Shown here piece after piece: positions 19,736 through 29,135 of a stretch of 64,000 nucleotides of DNA (position 1 is its first letter; the number at the start of each line of letters is the position of its first letter). A program made the position numbers and the translations under genes. Origin of the DNA: Nitrospinales bacterium (GTDB lineage: Bacteria > Nitrospinota > Nitrospinia > Nitrospinales > VA-1). The notes under the pieces are model-generated. The model was not told where the DNA came from. It did not search any database and saw only the letters and a list, made by a program, of their open reading frames with translations. The DNA is taken from positions 1,571,579 to 1,635,578 of the forward strand of contig OZ253582.1 of assembly GCA_965263085.1 (NCBI GenBank), given 5' to 3'.

Positions 19736-21919
19736 GTGAACCTTGAACAATTAAATCCTCAACAGTTGCAGGCCGTGCGCCATAGTGAAGGCCCGCTGAT
19801 GGTGGTGGCGGGAGCAGGCTCCGGGAAAACTCGTGTCATCACCTGCCGCATTGCCAACTTGATTAAGGAGAAGAAGGTTTCTCCCGAAAGTATTCTGGCA
19901 ATCACCTTCACCAACAAGGCCGCCGGAGAAATGAAGGAACGCGTCCGGAAAATGCTGGCCCTTCGTGGAGCTTCCCCCTGGATCAGCACCTTCCATTCTT
20001 TTTGTCTGAGAATCCTCAGAATGCATATTTCAGAACTGGGTTTTTCCAATGATTTTGCCGTCTACGACGCGCAGGATCAGTTAACTTTGGTCAAGCAATG
20101 TATGAAGACGGCGGAAATCAGTGCCGACGCGTTCCCTCCTAAAACCCTTCTTAATCACATCAGCGGATTCAAAAATGATTTTCGCATGCCCGAAGATTTG
20201 CAACCGGATGCGATGCCTTATGGACACCAGCTCAAGGCGGCAGGTCTTTATCCTGTTTACCAGTCAGCCTTGAAAAAGAATAATGCTTTGGATTTTGATG
20301 ATTTGCTGGTTTTTGCGAGCAGATTGTTTCAGGAGTTCCCTTCTCTGAGGGCTAGTTACAATGACAGGTTTCAACATATTCTGGTTGATGAGTTTCAGGA
20401 TACCAATGCGGTTCAGTATAGGTTGGTACGTTTGCTGTCGCAATCGCACAATAATATATGCGTTGTTGGAGATGATGACCAGAGTATCTATAGCTGGAGA
20501 GGCGCAGATATAGAAAATATTTTAAAGTTTGAAAATGATTTTTCCGGGACAACGGTGATTAAGCTTGAGGAAAATTACCGATCCACAAAAAATATTTTAA
20601 ACGCGGCGGGAAGTGTTGTGAAAGAAAATAGAAATCGGAAAGATAAAACATTGTGGACGCAAAACGATACGGGCGATCCGGTGGTGTGCTACAAGGCTGA
20701 AGATGAAACAGATGAATCAGAATTTGTTTGCGAAAAAATCCAAGCCTTGAACCGGGACGAAGGTTTTAGTTTTAATGATATGGTCGTTCTTTATCGCACC
20801 AATGCCCAGTCACGGGTGTTGGAAGATGTGTTGAGAAGAACAGGGTTGCCTTATCAGGTAATAGGAGGACTGCGCTTTTATGAAAGAAAAGAGGTCAAGG
20901 ATGTGTTGGCATATATGCGGGTTGCTCTAAATCCGAACGACTCGGTTTCTTTAAAGAGGATTATTAATGTTCCTGTTCGGGGAATTGGAAAGAAATCACT
21001 GGAAAAAGTTGAGCAGTATTGCAGAGACACAGGCTTGTCGCTCCTGGAAGGTTTGCGCCGAAACGAACAGGAAAAATTGACAGCTACCGCGGCTGGCAGT
21101 AAGATCGCCCAGTTTTTACAAATCATCGACCAGTTGAATTCCATAAAGGATGATCCACTGGAGCTTTTGAAACAGGTTATAGACCGAACGGGCTATGGAG
21201 CAATGTTGCAAAATGAAGGTACCTTTGAGAGTAAAGGGCGCATGGAAAATATACAGGAATTGTTTTCCGCAGTCGAACAATCCGTTGAGGATGGGGAAGG
21301 TTCCCTGCGGGAATTTTTGGATTCAGCATCTCTGGTAGCGGATCTGGATAACCTTGATGACGAGCGTGGAGTGCTTCCATTAATGACCCTGCATACCTGC
21401 AAGGGGTTGGAGTTTTCTTCGGTATTTGTGGTGGGCATGGAAAATGGGCTTCTCCCTCATGCCAGTTCCATGTCGAACTCTGAGGAATACGAAGAAGAGA
21501 GAAGGTTATGCTATGTAGGTTTTACACGAGCCCGGAAAAAACTGTTTGTCACCTATGCCAGGCGAAGAAGAATTTATGGCACTATTTTTAATTACTCTCC
21601 ATCAGATTTTTTGCTTTCTATTCCCGGTGAAGTTATGATCCGTGAGTCCAGAGGATTCAGTAATGAAACAGCACCTCAATTTAGCGGTGCGCTTGACGGA
21701 ACTCATCCTTATCAGGAAAAAAGTAAGGTTTCTTATTCGCTTGGAATAAGTGACGATACTTATTCAGTCGGAACAAAAGTCTTGCACGCGAAGTTTGGGT
21801 CGGGAATTGTGATCAACCTTTCAGGTAGTGAAGAAAATTTAAATCTGGAAGTGTTTTTTAAAGCCCCTCATGGCAAAAAGAAACTCTCAGCCAGCCAAGC
21901 TAAACTGATTGTTCTTTAA
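19736..21919 (+). CDS. pcrA: ATP-dependent DNA helicase, UvrD/PcrA family
   Basis: LNPQQLQAV, AGAGSGKT, VDEFQDTN, YRS and TLHTCKGLEF helicase motifs. GTG start. Confidence 0.93.
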   Translation: MNLEQLNPQQLQAVRHSEGPLMVVAGAGSGKTRVITCRIANLIKEKKVSPESILAITFTNKAAGEMKERVRKMLALRGASPWISTFHSFCLRILRMHISELGFSNDFAVYDAQDQLTLVKQCMKTAEISADAFPPKTLLNHISGFKNDFRMPEDLQPDAMPYGHQLKAAGLYPVYQSALKKNNALDFDDLLVFASRLFQEFPSLRASYNDRFQHILVDEFQDTNAVQYRLVRLLSQSHNNICVVGDDDQSIYSWRGADIENILKFENDFSGTTVIKLEENYRSTKNILNAAGSVVKENRNRKDKTLWTQNDTGDPVVCYKAEDETDESEFVCEKIQALNRDEGFSFNDMVVLYRTNAQSRVLEDVLRRTGLPYQVIGGLRFYERKEVKDVLAYMRVALNPNDSVSLKRIINVPVRGIGKKSLEKVEQYCRDTGLSLLEGLRRNEQEKLTATAAGSKIAQFLQIIDQLNSIKDDPLELLKQVIDRTGYGAMLQNEGTFESKGRMENIQELFSAVEQSVEDGEGSLREFLDSASLVADLDNLDDERGVLPLMTLHTCKGLEFSSVFVVGMENGLLPHASSMSNSEEYEEERRLCYVGFTRARKKLFVTYARRRRIYGTIFNYSPSDFLLSIPGEVMIRESRGFSNETAPQFSGALDGTHPYQEKSKVSYSLGISDDTYSVGTKVLHAKFGSGIVINLSGSEENLNLEVFFKAPHGKKKLSASQAKLIVL

Positions 21920-21956
21920 GAAGGCAGGTTCATACCCCAAGCGGTCTGAATGTGTG

Positions 21957-23246
21957 TCAATCGGATTTTATAGACTGCTTCAAAATGGATTCCAGTTTAG
22001 ATTTTGCTCCCGGAGAAAGGCGCAGGTTCAGTACGATGCCGTTTGGGGTGTAATCCTCCTTCAACACCAAGGCATGTTTCCGTATTTCTTGAATCAGCAT
22101 AGCCTGAGAATGTTCGAGTTCAAGACGGTATGGGGCCAGGTTTTTCTCATAGTAGAAAACCATCTGTTGGCGTAGCAAATCGATGCCTTGCCCTGTTTTG
22201 CAGGAAATGCCGATTGAAGAAGGATAAGTCTGAAGAGCTTGATCCAAAGTTTCTGTATTTGGCAATGCGTCAACTTTATTGAAGACAGTGAGAATGTTGA
22301 TATTGTCCACTCCGATTTGCTGGAGAAGATCATCAGCGGTGCACATCTGTTCTATATACTCCTGATGGCTGAGGTCCACGACATGAATCAACAGGTTGGC
22401 ATCACGCACTTCATCCAGAGTACTCTTAAACGAGGCAACCAGATCATGAGGCAATTTGCTGATCAGTCCAACGGTATCTGAGAGTAGCACTGGGTAGGGA
22501 AAATTTTTCTTTATCTTGCGGACAGTTGAGTCCAGGGTCGCGAAGAGTTTATCCTCAACCAACGTGTCGGCGCCTGTCAGGCAATTCATCAATGTGGATT
22601 TCCCGGCGTTGGTGTAGCCGACCAGCGCCACTTTATAAGTTCCCTGCCTGTTTTTCCGCTGGGTCTTTTTTTCCTTGTCGATTTGAACGAGTTTTTTTTC
22701 CAGCTTGTGGATCTCATTGCGGGTCATCCGTCGATCCAGTTGAATCTGTGTTTCTCCTACATCCTTCATGCCAATTCCACCGCGTTGCCGGGAAAGGTGA
22801 CCCCACATTCCAGTAAGACGGGGTAGGGCATACTTCATCCTTGCCAACTCAACCTGGGTTTTTGCCTCACGGGTTTGGGCGTGGTCGCTAAAAATCTCCA
22901 GGATGACCCAGGGTCGGTCCATGACTCTGCATTTCAGGATATTTTCCAGCTCTCGATTTTGTCGAGGTGACAGTTCTTCGTCAAAAATGACTGTTTCGGG
23001 GTCATGGTGCTTGACAGCTTGTCTGAGTTCTTCTATCTTGCCACTGCCCAAGAAAGTCTTGGGGTTAATCTCTGCTAAGTGTTGGGTTAAAGTGGCTACT
23101 GGCTTATAATTTGCGGTGGTGGCAAGGTTTTCCAGTTCTTCAAGAGAAATTTTAGAGGATGAGGTGCCCGGCATGCTAACCCCTACCAATATGGCTTTTG
23201 GTTTTGAGGTCTGGGAATTTATGTGGATCGTATTTTTGAGTTTCAT
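21957..23246 (-). CDS. hflX: GTPase HflX
   Basis: HflX N-domain plus G-domain (VGYTNAGKSTLMN, DTVG, NKVD). Confidence 0.93.
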   Translation of the reverse strand: MKLKNTIHINSQTSKPKAILVGVSMPGTSSSKISLEELENLATTANYKPVATLTQHLAEINPKTFLGSGKIEELRQAVKHHDPETVIFDEELSPRQNRELENILKCRVMDRPWVILEIFSDHAQTREAKTQVELARMKYALPRLTGMWGHLSRQRGGIGMKDVGETQIQLDRRMTRNEIHKLEKKLVQIDKEKKTQRKNRQGTYKVALVGYTNAGKSTLMNCLTGADTLVEDKLFATLDSTVRKIKKNFPYPVLLSDTVGLISKLPHDLVASFKSTLDEVRDANLLIHVVDLSHQEYIEQMCTADDLLQQIGVDNINILTVFNKVDALPNTETLDQALQTYPSSIGISCKTGQGIDLLRQQMVFYYEKNLAPYRLELEHSQAMLIQEIRKHALVLKEDYTPNGIVLNLRLSPGAKSKLESILKQSIKSD

Positions 23247-23510
23247 GGGTCAAGCGGATTATAACGTATATCGGGAATCTACAGGGTTGGATTTTAGTGT
23301 TTCGCGTTGCCGGGGTTATATAAGTTAGAGGTTTAGTTATAACAACTTATTGGTAAAGTGAAGGCAAATTTGATCTCGGCTCGCATATTTTTGGACAAAA
23401 ATATCAGAAAGCATGAAATTATTGCGGAAACTTATACGCAGGCAAGGGGTATTATGAAGGAGGACATTAGGATTTTTTATGCGGATTCAATTTTAAGGAA
23501 AAGGTAAGTG

Positions 23511-23861
23511 ATGAAAATCAGACTATCAGAGCATGTGGGAGTCCATTGCGCGTCTATCGATGATGGGCAGAAGTTATACTCGATACTCGCTCCGGAATTT
23601 CAGAAAGGCAACCCGGTGGAATTGGATTTTGAGAAGGTGCAGTCTATTTTGACTCCGTTTCTCCACAATTGTATCGGTAGATTGCTGAATGATTACCAAA
23701 AGGAAACCGTTATGGAACGATTGGTTCTGTGTAACCTGTCGGCGGAACATTTGAAGCAGTTGAACTTGTATATTGACCGGAAAGATCAGGAACAATTTCA
23801 AGATGATTCGAGAAGTTCCCTTATGGAATTGTTTGAAGAGGATGAGTTGGGCGACTTGTAG
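23511..23861 (+). CDS. STAS-like DUF4325 domain protein (orphan)
   Basis: KIRLSEHVG...GNPVELDFEKVQSILTPFLHNCIGRLL resembles DUF4325 as I recall it. No partner ATPase or kinase is adjacent. Confidence 0.5.
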   Translation: MKIRLSEHVGVHCASIDDGQKLYSILAPEFQKGNPVELDFEKVQSILTPFLHNCIGRLLNDYQKETVMERLVLCNLSAEHLKQLNLYIDRKDQEQFQDDSRSSLMELFEEDELGDL

Positions 23862-24038
23862 TGACTATTTTTTAAATGGCACTGAAGTATTAAGAGTCTG
23901 GAGTGAACAGTTGTGTTTGGAAAATTTTTTGAGAGCAGGGGAATAAAGGCACTGAGAGCCCAAGTCGAATTCATGCCCAGTGGTCCGGGTGTATGAGTCA
24001 GGTTGTTATGGTGCAATGTGTGCGGTTTTTTTTGAGGC

Positions 24039-24503
24039 TTAGACGCCAAGTTGCCGGATGGCTTCGTAAACAGCTATGCCCACCGCATTAGCAATATTGA
24101 TAGACCGTACCCGCTCATCATATTGTGGGATGCGGTAAGTGGTACTCTGATTAGATTGCAATAAACTTTTTGGCAACCCACGGGTTTCGCTACCAAAAAA
24201 TAGATAAGCGCTTGGCTGAAATGCATGTTGGAAAAAATCTTTCTCGCCTTTGGTTGAGAAAAATACCCTCTGGGCAGAAGAGGGGATGCTTTGAAGAAAC
24301 ATTTCAAGGCTGGGGTAGGTTTTGACATTGACGTGTTTCCAATAATCCAGCCCCGCTCGCTTAAGCTGGCTGTTGCTGATTTCAAACCCCAGTGGTTCTA
24401 TCAGATGCAGGGTGCTCCCTGTCGCAAGACACAATCTCCCAATTGTTCCTGTATTCATGGGGATTTCTGGCTCGACTAAAACGACATTTATTTCGTGAGG
24501 CAT
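24039..24503 (-). CDS. trmL: tRNA (cytidine/uridine(34)-2'-O)-methyltransferase TrmL (SpoU family)
   Basis: INVVLVEPEIPMNTGTIGRLC...SINIANAVGIAVYEAIRQ. Confidence 0.9.
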   Translation of the reverse strand: MPHEINVVLVEPEIPMNTGTIGRLCLATGSTLHLIEPLGFEISNSQLKRAGLDYWKHVNVKTYPSLEMFLQSIPSSAQRVFFSTKGEKDFFQHAFQPSAYLFFGSETRGLPKSLLQSNQSTTYRIPQYDERVRSINIANAVGIAVYEAIRQLGV

Positions 24504-24622
24504 AGAGGTTATGGATGTTTTTTATTGAATGACAGATTTTATAATAAAAAGGCATTAAATCAATAACTCGTTGTTGCCTATCTTCTTAAAGATTTTCCTA
24601 TGCAGGAATAGCCGGTTCGGAT

Positions 24623-24805
24623 ATGGAGCAGGTTGAACAATTTTTTAGCTGTCCACATTGCGGTCAATCCATTTCCGTCCTCTTGGATTTATCGGTGCCG
24701 CGTCAGGAATATATAGAAGATTGTGAGGTTTGTTGCCGGCCTATTGAAATAAGGTATTCCGCTGGCGCGGATGGAGATGTCGAATTTGAGGCAGGCCGTG
24801 GTTGA
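24623..24805 (+). CDS. CPXCG-motif cysteine-rich small protein
   Basis: FSCPHCGQSISVLLD...YIEDCEVCCRPIEI matches the CPXCG family pattern. Confidence 0.7.
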   Translation: MEQVEQFFSCPHCGQSISVLLDLSVPRQEYIEDCEVCCRPIEIRYSAGADGDVEFEAGRG

Positions 24806-24856
24806 CAGACGCGTTCTGGTTTCTTAAGAACAGGATATTGTTTGCTGTCTTGCTTG

Positions 24857-25474
24857 TCATGTTGAGACATCGCGGTTTTTAGCATTAAAAAAATCTCCCC
24901 CCTTTAGCTTTTCATCATCGGTTCCCCAATGAATAGTTTTATCTCTTTTTTGCATGAGAGGGATATGTTTGGAGCAGTGGATATAGGCTTCTTCTACTGC
25001 GACTTTGATCCATGCTATCGGTTTTTGTGAACCCGATTTTTTAAGTGACTGTTTTATTTTTTCAGAGAAATAAGGCTTGGTCTCCAGTTCCTTGTTGGAA
25101 AGGATTCCCGTGCTTCCGTTGACATGTAGCCCTATTGAACTCTGGTAGAAATCGACAAAGACCATTCCTATATGCGGATTTTCCGAGATGTTTCCCATGC
25201 TGGCCAGAACTCCGTTGCCCCGGTATTCGGGAAAGAGCAGGGTTTTTTCGTCCAGAACTTCCACGAAACCGGCATCGCCAGCACGGAAGGAGGCATCACA
25301 CTCACCTTTTGAGTCAGAAGTGGAAATGAAAACCATTTCCTGCTCCGTAATAAACTGGCACATTTCGGGGTTAAGGTAACTGAGAAATTGGGACTTGTAA
25401 AATGCCAACGCACGTTTCTCGGTTTTGAATTTTTTTTGCAGATTGCGTTCACCTTTGGAGCCAGGATTGTTCAT
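24857..25474 (-). CDS. Pyridoxamine-5'-phosphate-oxidase-fold (FMN-binding split barrel) protein
   Basis: FISTSDSKGECDASFRAG...EYRGNGVLASMGNISENPHIGMVFVDF...LHVNG pattern. Its start lies 11 nt after the radical SAM stop. Confidence 0.75.
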   Translation of the reverse strand: MNNPGSKGERNLQKKFKTEKRALAFYKSQFLSYLNPEMCQFITEQEMVFISTSDSKGECDASFRAGDAGFVEVLDEKTLLFPEYRGNGVLASMGNISENPHIGMVFVDFYQSSIGLHVNGSTGILSNKELETKPYFSEKIKQSLKKSGSQKPIAWIKVAVEEAYIHCSKHIPLMQKRDKTIHWGTDDEKLKGGDFFNAKNRDVST

Positions 25475-25485
25475 GATATGAAAGT

Positions 25486-27327
25486 TTAAAGATTGGAGTT
25501 ATGTGGTAGGGCCAGGTTCAGGTATTTGCCACGCTCTCCATAAAGGAGACCTTTTTCTTCAAGATATGCAATGGCATTTTCAGCTAGATTATCTTCGGAC
25601 TCTTGTCCTGTTTTTTCCCGGAAATATTGACGAATCTGCTCCACGGATTTGGGTGCTTCGTTACAGTAGATGAACGCCCAGGCGTGCGGTCCTTCCAGCC
25701 GGATTTTAGTAGACTCCAATGACCTTTGGTCATAAACGGTCACGAAATCCATAGCTTTAGTAAAAATCAGGTAAGGTAATTGTTCCGACTGGTGTCTTTG
25801 CTTCCATTCTTCTGCGGTTTGAAATAACTTCTGCTTAAGTTGCGGGTCAATCCGATTACTCGTTTCAAACTCGAAATCATAAGCGATCTTTAAATGGTCA
25901 ACATCGGGGTGGTCATAAACAAAGGGGTAGGCTTCCCCTGGCGCCGTAATTTTTATTCCATATTCTTCCGGCCGCTGGAAATAGGGGCTGAACCTTTCGA
26001 GCCATAGGCTACCAACACACTCGGGTGGAGGCAGGTGGAACAGTAATTTTATCAGATCAATCTGCTGTCGGTAATCGTCGTCCGTTTCACCGGGAAACCC
26101 GATCAGGATATTCCAATTGATCTCAATGCCATAATACATCGCCCACTTCATGCAGAGAATGTTCTGTAGAGGTCGGACCCCCTTATCCATTTCCTGCAAT
26201 TGATTTGCGCTAAAACTTTCAATGCCCGGCTGAATTGCTTTTGCTCCACCCTGCGCCAGAGTCTTGATTTGTTTTTTAGTCAGGTTACTTTTTACTTCTA
26301 TAAAAAAATGCAGGTCGTAGTTATTTTCAGCCAGATCACCAAAAACTCCGTCGATATATTTCATTTCCAGGATGTTGTCGACCAGCCGGAAGCGAAAGGA
26401 ATCATATTTTTTTGAAAGCTGGGCAAGGTCTCTGTGAACTTGCTCGATAGGCTTGGATCGGAACTTCATGGTGTTGGCGTTTAGGCCACAAAAAGTGCAG
26501 TGATGTTTCTCCCCCCACCAGCACCCCCGCGCTGTTTCATAAAGAATAACCGGATTTTCCAGCAGGGAAGAATGCGGGTCGATATCCCGCAACTGGTCGA
26601 AAAAATCGTCATAATCAGGAACTGCGTAATCCTGAAAGTTGCCGAACATGGCTTCGGGTTCCTGATAAAGCACTTCCCCTTCACAGCGGTGGATCACGCC
26701 GCGGGGAACCGGTCCGCCCTCTTCGAGGTATGTGATCAGTTTTGGCAATACATCTTCGGCTTCTCCGGGTACCACATAATCAATCCAGGGAAAGACCCGG
26801 AAATATTCCAATCCCATATCGGATTCAAAGTTTGACCCGCCAAACAGGATTTTTATATGAGGGTATTTTTCCTTAATCCATTTTGCCAGAGTCAGACTGG
26901 CGATGTTTTGATTGAAGGTGGAGGAAAAGCCTACGACATCAAAGGCTCCCCAGTCGCAGGCATCCCGGGACCACTGAAGAAATTCGGGAACCATTTTAGT
27001 CTTTACATCGACTAAAAACTCCCTTGGACGCTCAATGGATCGGCAGACATCTTCAATATGAGGTTCAAAATGGTTCATGTAGTCCTGATTCCTGGCGTTC
27101 TCCCCGAAAAGGGGGTGGGAAAAAAGCCATTCACCAATCAGAAAGCGTTTTTCGCAGAGTTGGTTGTAGACTGGTAAGCCGAGTTGATGCGCGAAGTGAA
27201 GATTCAGGTAATGGCTTTTTACCTCGCAACCATGGGTTTTCAGTAAGGTCGAGAGGGTTCCCAACTGGATGGATGGGTAGATATGAAACCCGAAGGGCAT
27301 ATTGATTAATGCTATTTTCAAAGGCAT
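25486..27327 (-). CDS. B12-binding-domain radical SAM enzyme with a C-terminal PqqD/RRE-like tail (RiPP-maturation-methyltransferase-like)
   Basis: 613 aa. The N-terminus KIALINMPFG...ILFGGSNFE looks like a B12/Rossmann-like domain. The cluster motif is CWWGEKHHCTFCG (Cys269/277/280, nt 26488-26523). The C-terminus reads AWAFIYCNEAPKSVEQIRQYF...AIAYLEEKGLLY. Confidence 0.8.
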   Translation of the reverse strand: MPLKIALINMPFGFHIYPSIQLGTLSTLLKTHGCEVKSHYLNLHFAHQLGLPVYNQLCEKRFLIGEWLFSHPLFGENARNQDYMNHFEPHIEDVCRSIERPREFLVDVKTKMVPEFLQWSRDACDWGAFDVVGFSSTFNQNIASLTLAKWIKEKYPHIKILFGGSNFESDMGLEYFRVFPWIDYVVPGEAEDVLPKLITYLEEGGPVPRGVIHRCEGEVLYQEPEAMFGNFQDYAVPDYDDFFDQLRDIDPHSSLLENPVILYETARGCWWGEKHHCTFCGLNANTMKFRSKPIEQVHRDLAQLSKKYDSFRFRLVDNILEMKYIDGVFGDLAENNYDLHFFIEVKSNLTKKQIKTLAQGGAKAIQPGIESFSANQLQEMDKGVRPLQNILCMKWAMYYGIEINWNILIGFPGETDDDYRQQIDLIKLLFHLPPPECVGSLWLERFSPYFQRPEEYGIKITAPGEAYPFVYDHPDVDHLKIAYDFEFETSNRIDPQLKQKLFQTAEEWKQRHQSEQLPYLIFTKAMDFVTVYDQRSLESTKIRLEGPHAWAFIYCNEAPKSVEQIRQYFREKTGQESEDNLAENAIAYLEEKGLLYGERGKYLNLALPHNSNL

Positions 27328-27426
27328 GGCGGCATTGTATCAATAACAAGGTGGTGTTCCACCATAAAAAGCGCGTCAGGAAGCTCCATGGCGTCCTAAG
27401 CCCGATTTGTTTGCTTTACCCCCGTT

Positions 27427-27437
27427 GGGGGGGGGGG
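27427..27437. repeat. G11 homopolymer (C11 on the coding strand of its neighbours), preceded by C5-GTT
   Basis: Direct count: cccccgttggggggggggg at 27419-27437. Confidence 0.9.
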
Positions 27438-27541
27438 CGCAGATTGAACTGAGAACTCGGGATAAAGCGAGGGATGAGCAAGTGACCCTGGTTTTTTCGG
27501 TGCGGGAAATTAATGCGGAAAGGAGTTCAAAATCTCTGGGG

Positions 27542-27724
27542 TTACCTCGTTGAAGCGGCCTTGAGATCCTTTTTTTCAATTTTTACCACCGGCTTTGCCT
27601 TACGCCCTTTCTTATTATATAAGGAAGGGGACTTGATTTGCTGGTCAGACCTTTTCGTCAGGGTTTTAACGGAAATGATTCTTTTTAAGTTTCCAGAACG
27701 GTCATAAACTTTTACTTCATGCAT
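27542..27724 (-). CDS. Small Lys-rich hypothetical protein (60 aa)
   Basis: ATG preceded by AAGAGGAAAGACT (good Shine-Dalgarno). MHEVKVYDRSGNLKRIISVKTL... then a basic tail. No family recognised. Confidence 0.5.
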   Translation of the reverse strand: MHEVKVYDRSGNLKRIISVKTLTKRSDQQIKSPSLYNKKGRKAKPVVKIEKKDLKAASTR

Positions 27725-27826
27725 AGTCTTTCCTCTTTATAATATGTCTTTTATACGATTGGGTTAGTGGTCGAAAATTAACCGGCAGAGTAAAAACTCT
27801 GCCGGGGAAAGACATCTGAAATTGCT

Positions 27827-28027
27827 TTATTTTGGAACAACTTTTGAGGCTTGCGGTCCTTTTTGACCCATGGTCTTTTCAAATTCCACGGCCTGCCCTT
27901 CATGGAGAGTTTTGAAGCCATCGCTTTGAATTTCCGAAAAATGGACAAAACAATCTTCACCATCATCGGACTCAATAAAACCATACCCTTTGCTTTCGTT
28001 GAACCACTTTACTTTTCCTTGAGCCAT
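27827..28027 (-). CDS. Cold-shock protein (CspA family)
   Basis: [33 protein letters not shown] carries the RNP1 and RNP2 motifs. I prefer ATG 28027 to the track start 28081. Confidence 0.93.
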   Translation of the reverse strand: MAQGKVKWFNESKGYGFIESDDGEDCFVHFSEIQSDGFKTLHEGQAVEFEKTMGQKGPQASKVVPK

Positions 28028-28452
28028 GCTAGATACTCTCCTGTAAATAAGCGGGAACTTTTCCTCTGATCCGAAAACCAAGGTTTCCCAAATTTGAATT
28101 CAGGTTGCCGTTTTGCCTCATGCGGTGCAAAAAAACATCCACGGTCACACTCGGACGATTAGGGAGAAAAAGCCCACTAATTCGTGCTCCGATTTATCCT
28201 GGCAGTTTGCAACAAAAACAGCCATTAACTAACGTCAACCTAGTTTATTGCAAATTATAGCATAAAGCGTGTCTGAACCCAACCTCTTTAGCTAAATATA
28301 TAGCTACTGACTGCCTGTTAGGGACGCGAAGCATTGGTTTTTGCCGGGCCTGTTGTCCGAGCTTTATAACTATTTGTATTTTTTATGGATAATTGATTCT
28401 GGCGGGCGCATAATTCCTGAAATGCTTTATAAAATGAGACAGTCCACAATTT

Positions 28453-28944
28453 TTACTTGAGCCACCCTTTCTTGACACCGTCGTTGTAAAGAGCCTCGGC
28501 GTAATACATTGAACCAAAGTTGTGCGTGTTGTTTTTTCTCGGTGCATATGAATTTTCCTCGAGCCAAGCATACGCCCTTATTGCTTTGTTTTTATCTCCA
28601 TTGTATTTCCCAAATACTTCTCTCATTGCACCTCGTTGGTACCGGTAATTACGAACCGAATCACCCAGTGTATTGATAATTTCATCATCTTCTTCTTTAC
28701 TGAAAGAGCTTCCCCTGCTCTCTGCCGAAACAAAACCCGGATCACCTCCTTCAACGCTTCCATATTCTCTTACCCGTTCTTCTTCAGTTGCAGTGTCTGA
28801 AACAGCATTTTGTTCTAACGGCATTACACCTTCCTCTTTGAGAAACCTTTCAATCACACCACTTATAGTGTTCGCATAAGATGCATCTATCATCTTCCTC
28901 AAACCGTTGTAAGCTTCGGGAGATACTCTAATTGATGGAGCCAT
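28453..28944 (-). CDS. Hypothetical protein with a ribbon-helix-helix-like N-terminus (islet ORF-B)
   Basis: AGGAGA Shine-Dalgarno. SIRVSPEAYNGLRKMIDA...GVIERFLKE (strand-helix-helix), then an acidic linker, then the C-terminus NYRYQRGAMREVFGKYNG...YAEALYNDGVKKGWLK. No family recognised. Confidence 0.6.
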   Translation of the reverse strand: MAPSIRVSPEAYNGLRKMIDASYANTISGVIERFLKEEGVMPLEQNAVSDTATEEERVREYGSVEGGDPGFVSAESRGSSFSKEEDDEIINTLGDSVRNYRYQRGAMREVFGKYNGDKNKAIRAYAWLEENSYAPRKNNTHNFGSMYYAEALYNDGVKKGWLK

Positions 28945-29135
28945 AGTTTTCTCTCCTGGTTGGTTTTTTATTATAATTTTAGGCTTTATAGCAAACTTAA
29001 AGGCTTGTATCCAATTTTTTTACTAAAAGTCTTTTTAATTACTTAAACTATTGAAAATAATAGCTTTAAATATAATATGCCCGTTGGTGGGGATAGGCAA
29101 GGTGGGAAAAAGAGGAGAACAAGATATCGAGTAAG

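Noticed and set aside
27376-27579. A 67-aa TTG-initiated ORF spanning the C11 tract, considered as a possible RiPP precursor
   Set aside because: It has no Shine-Dalgarno and overlaps the end of the better-supported 60-aa ORF. Its frame depends on the homopolymer length, and its sequence has no leader/core character.
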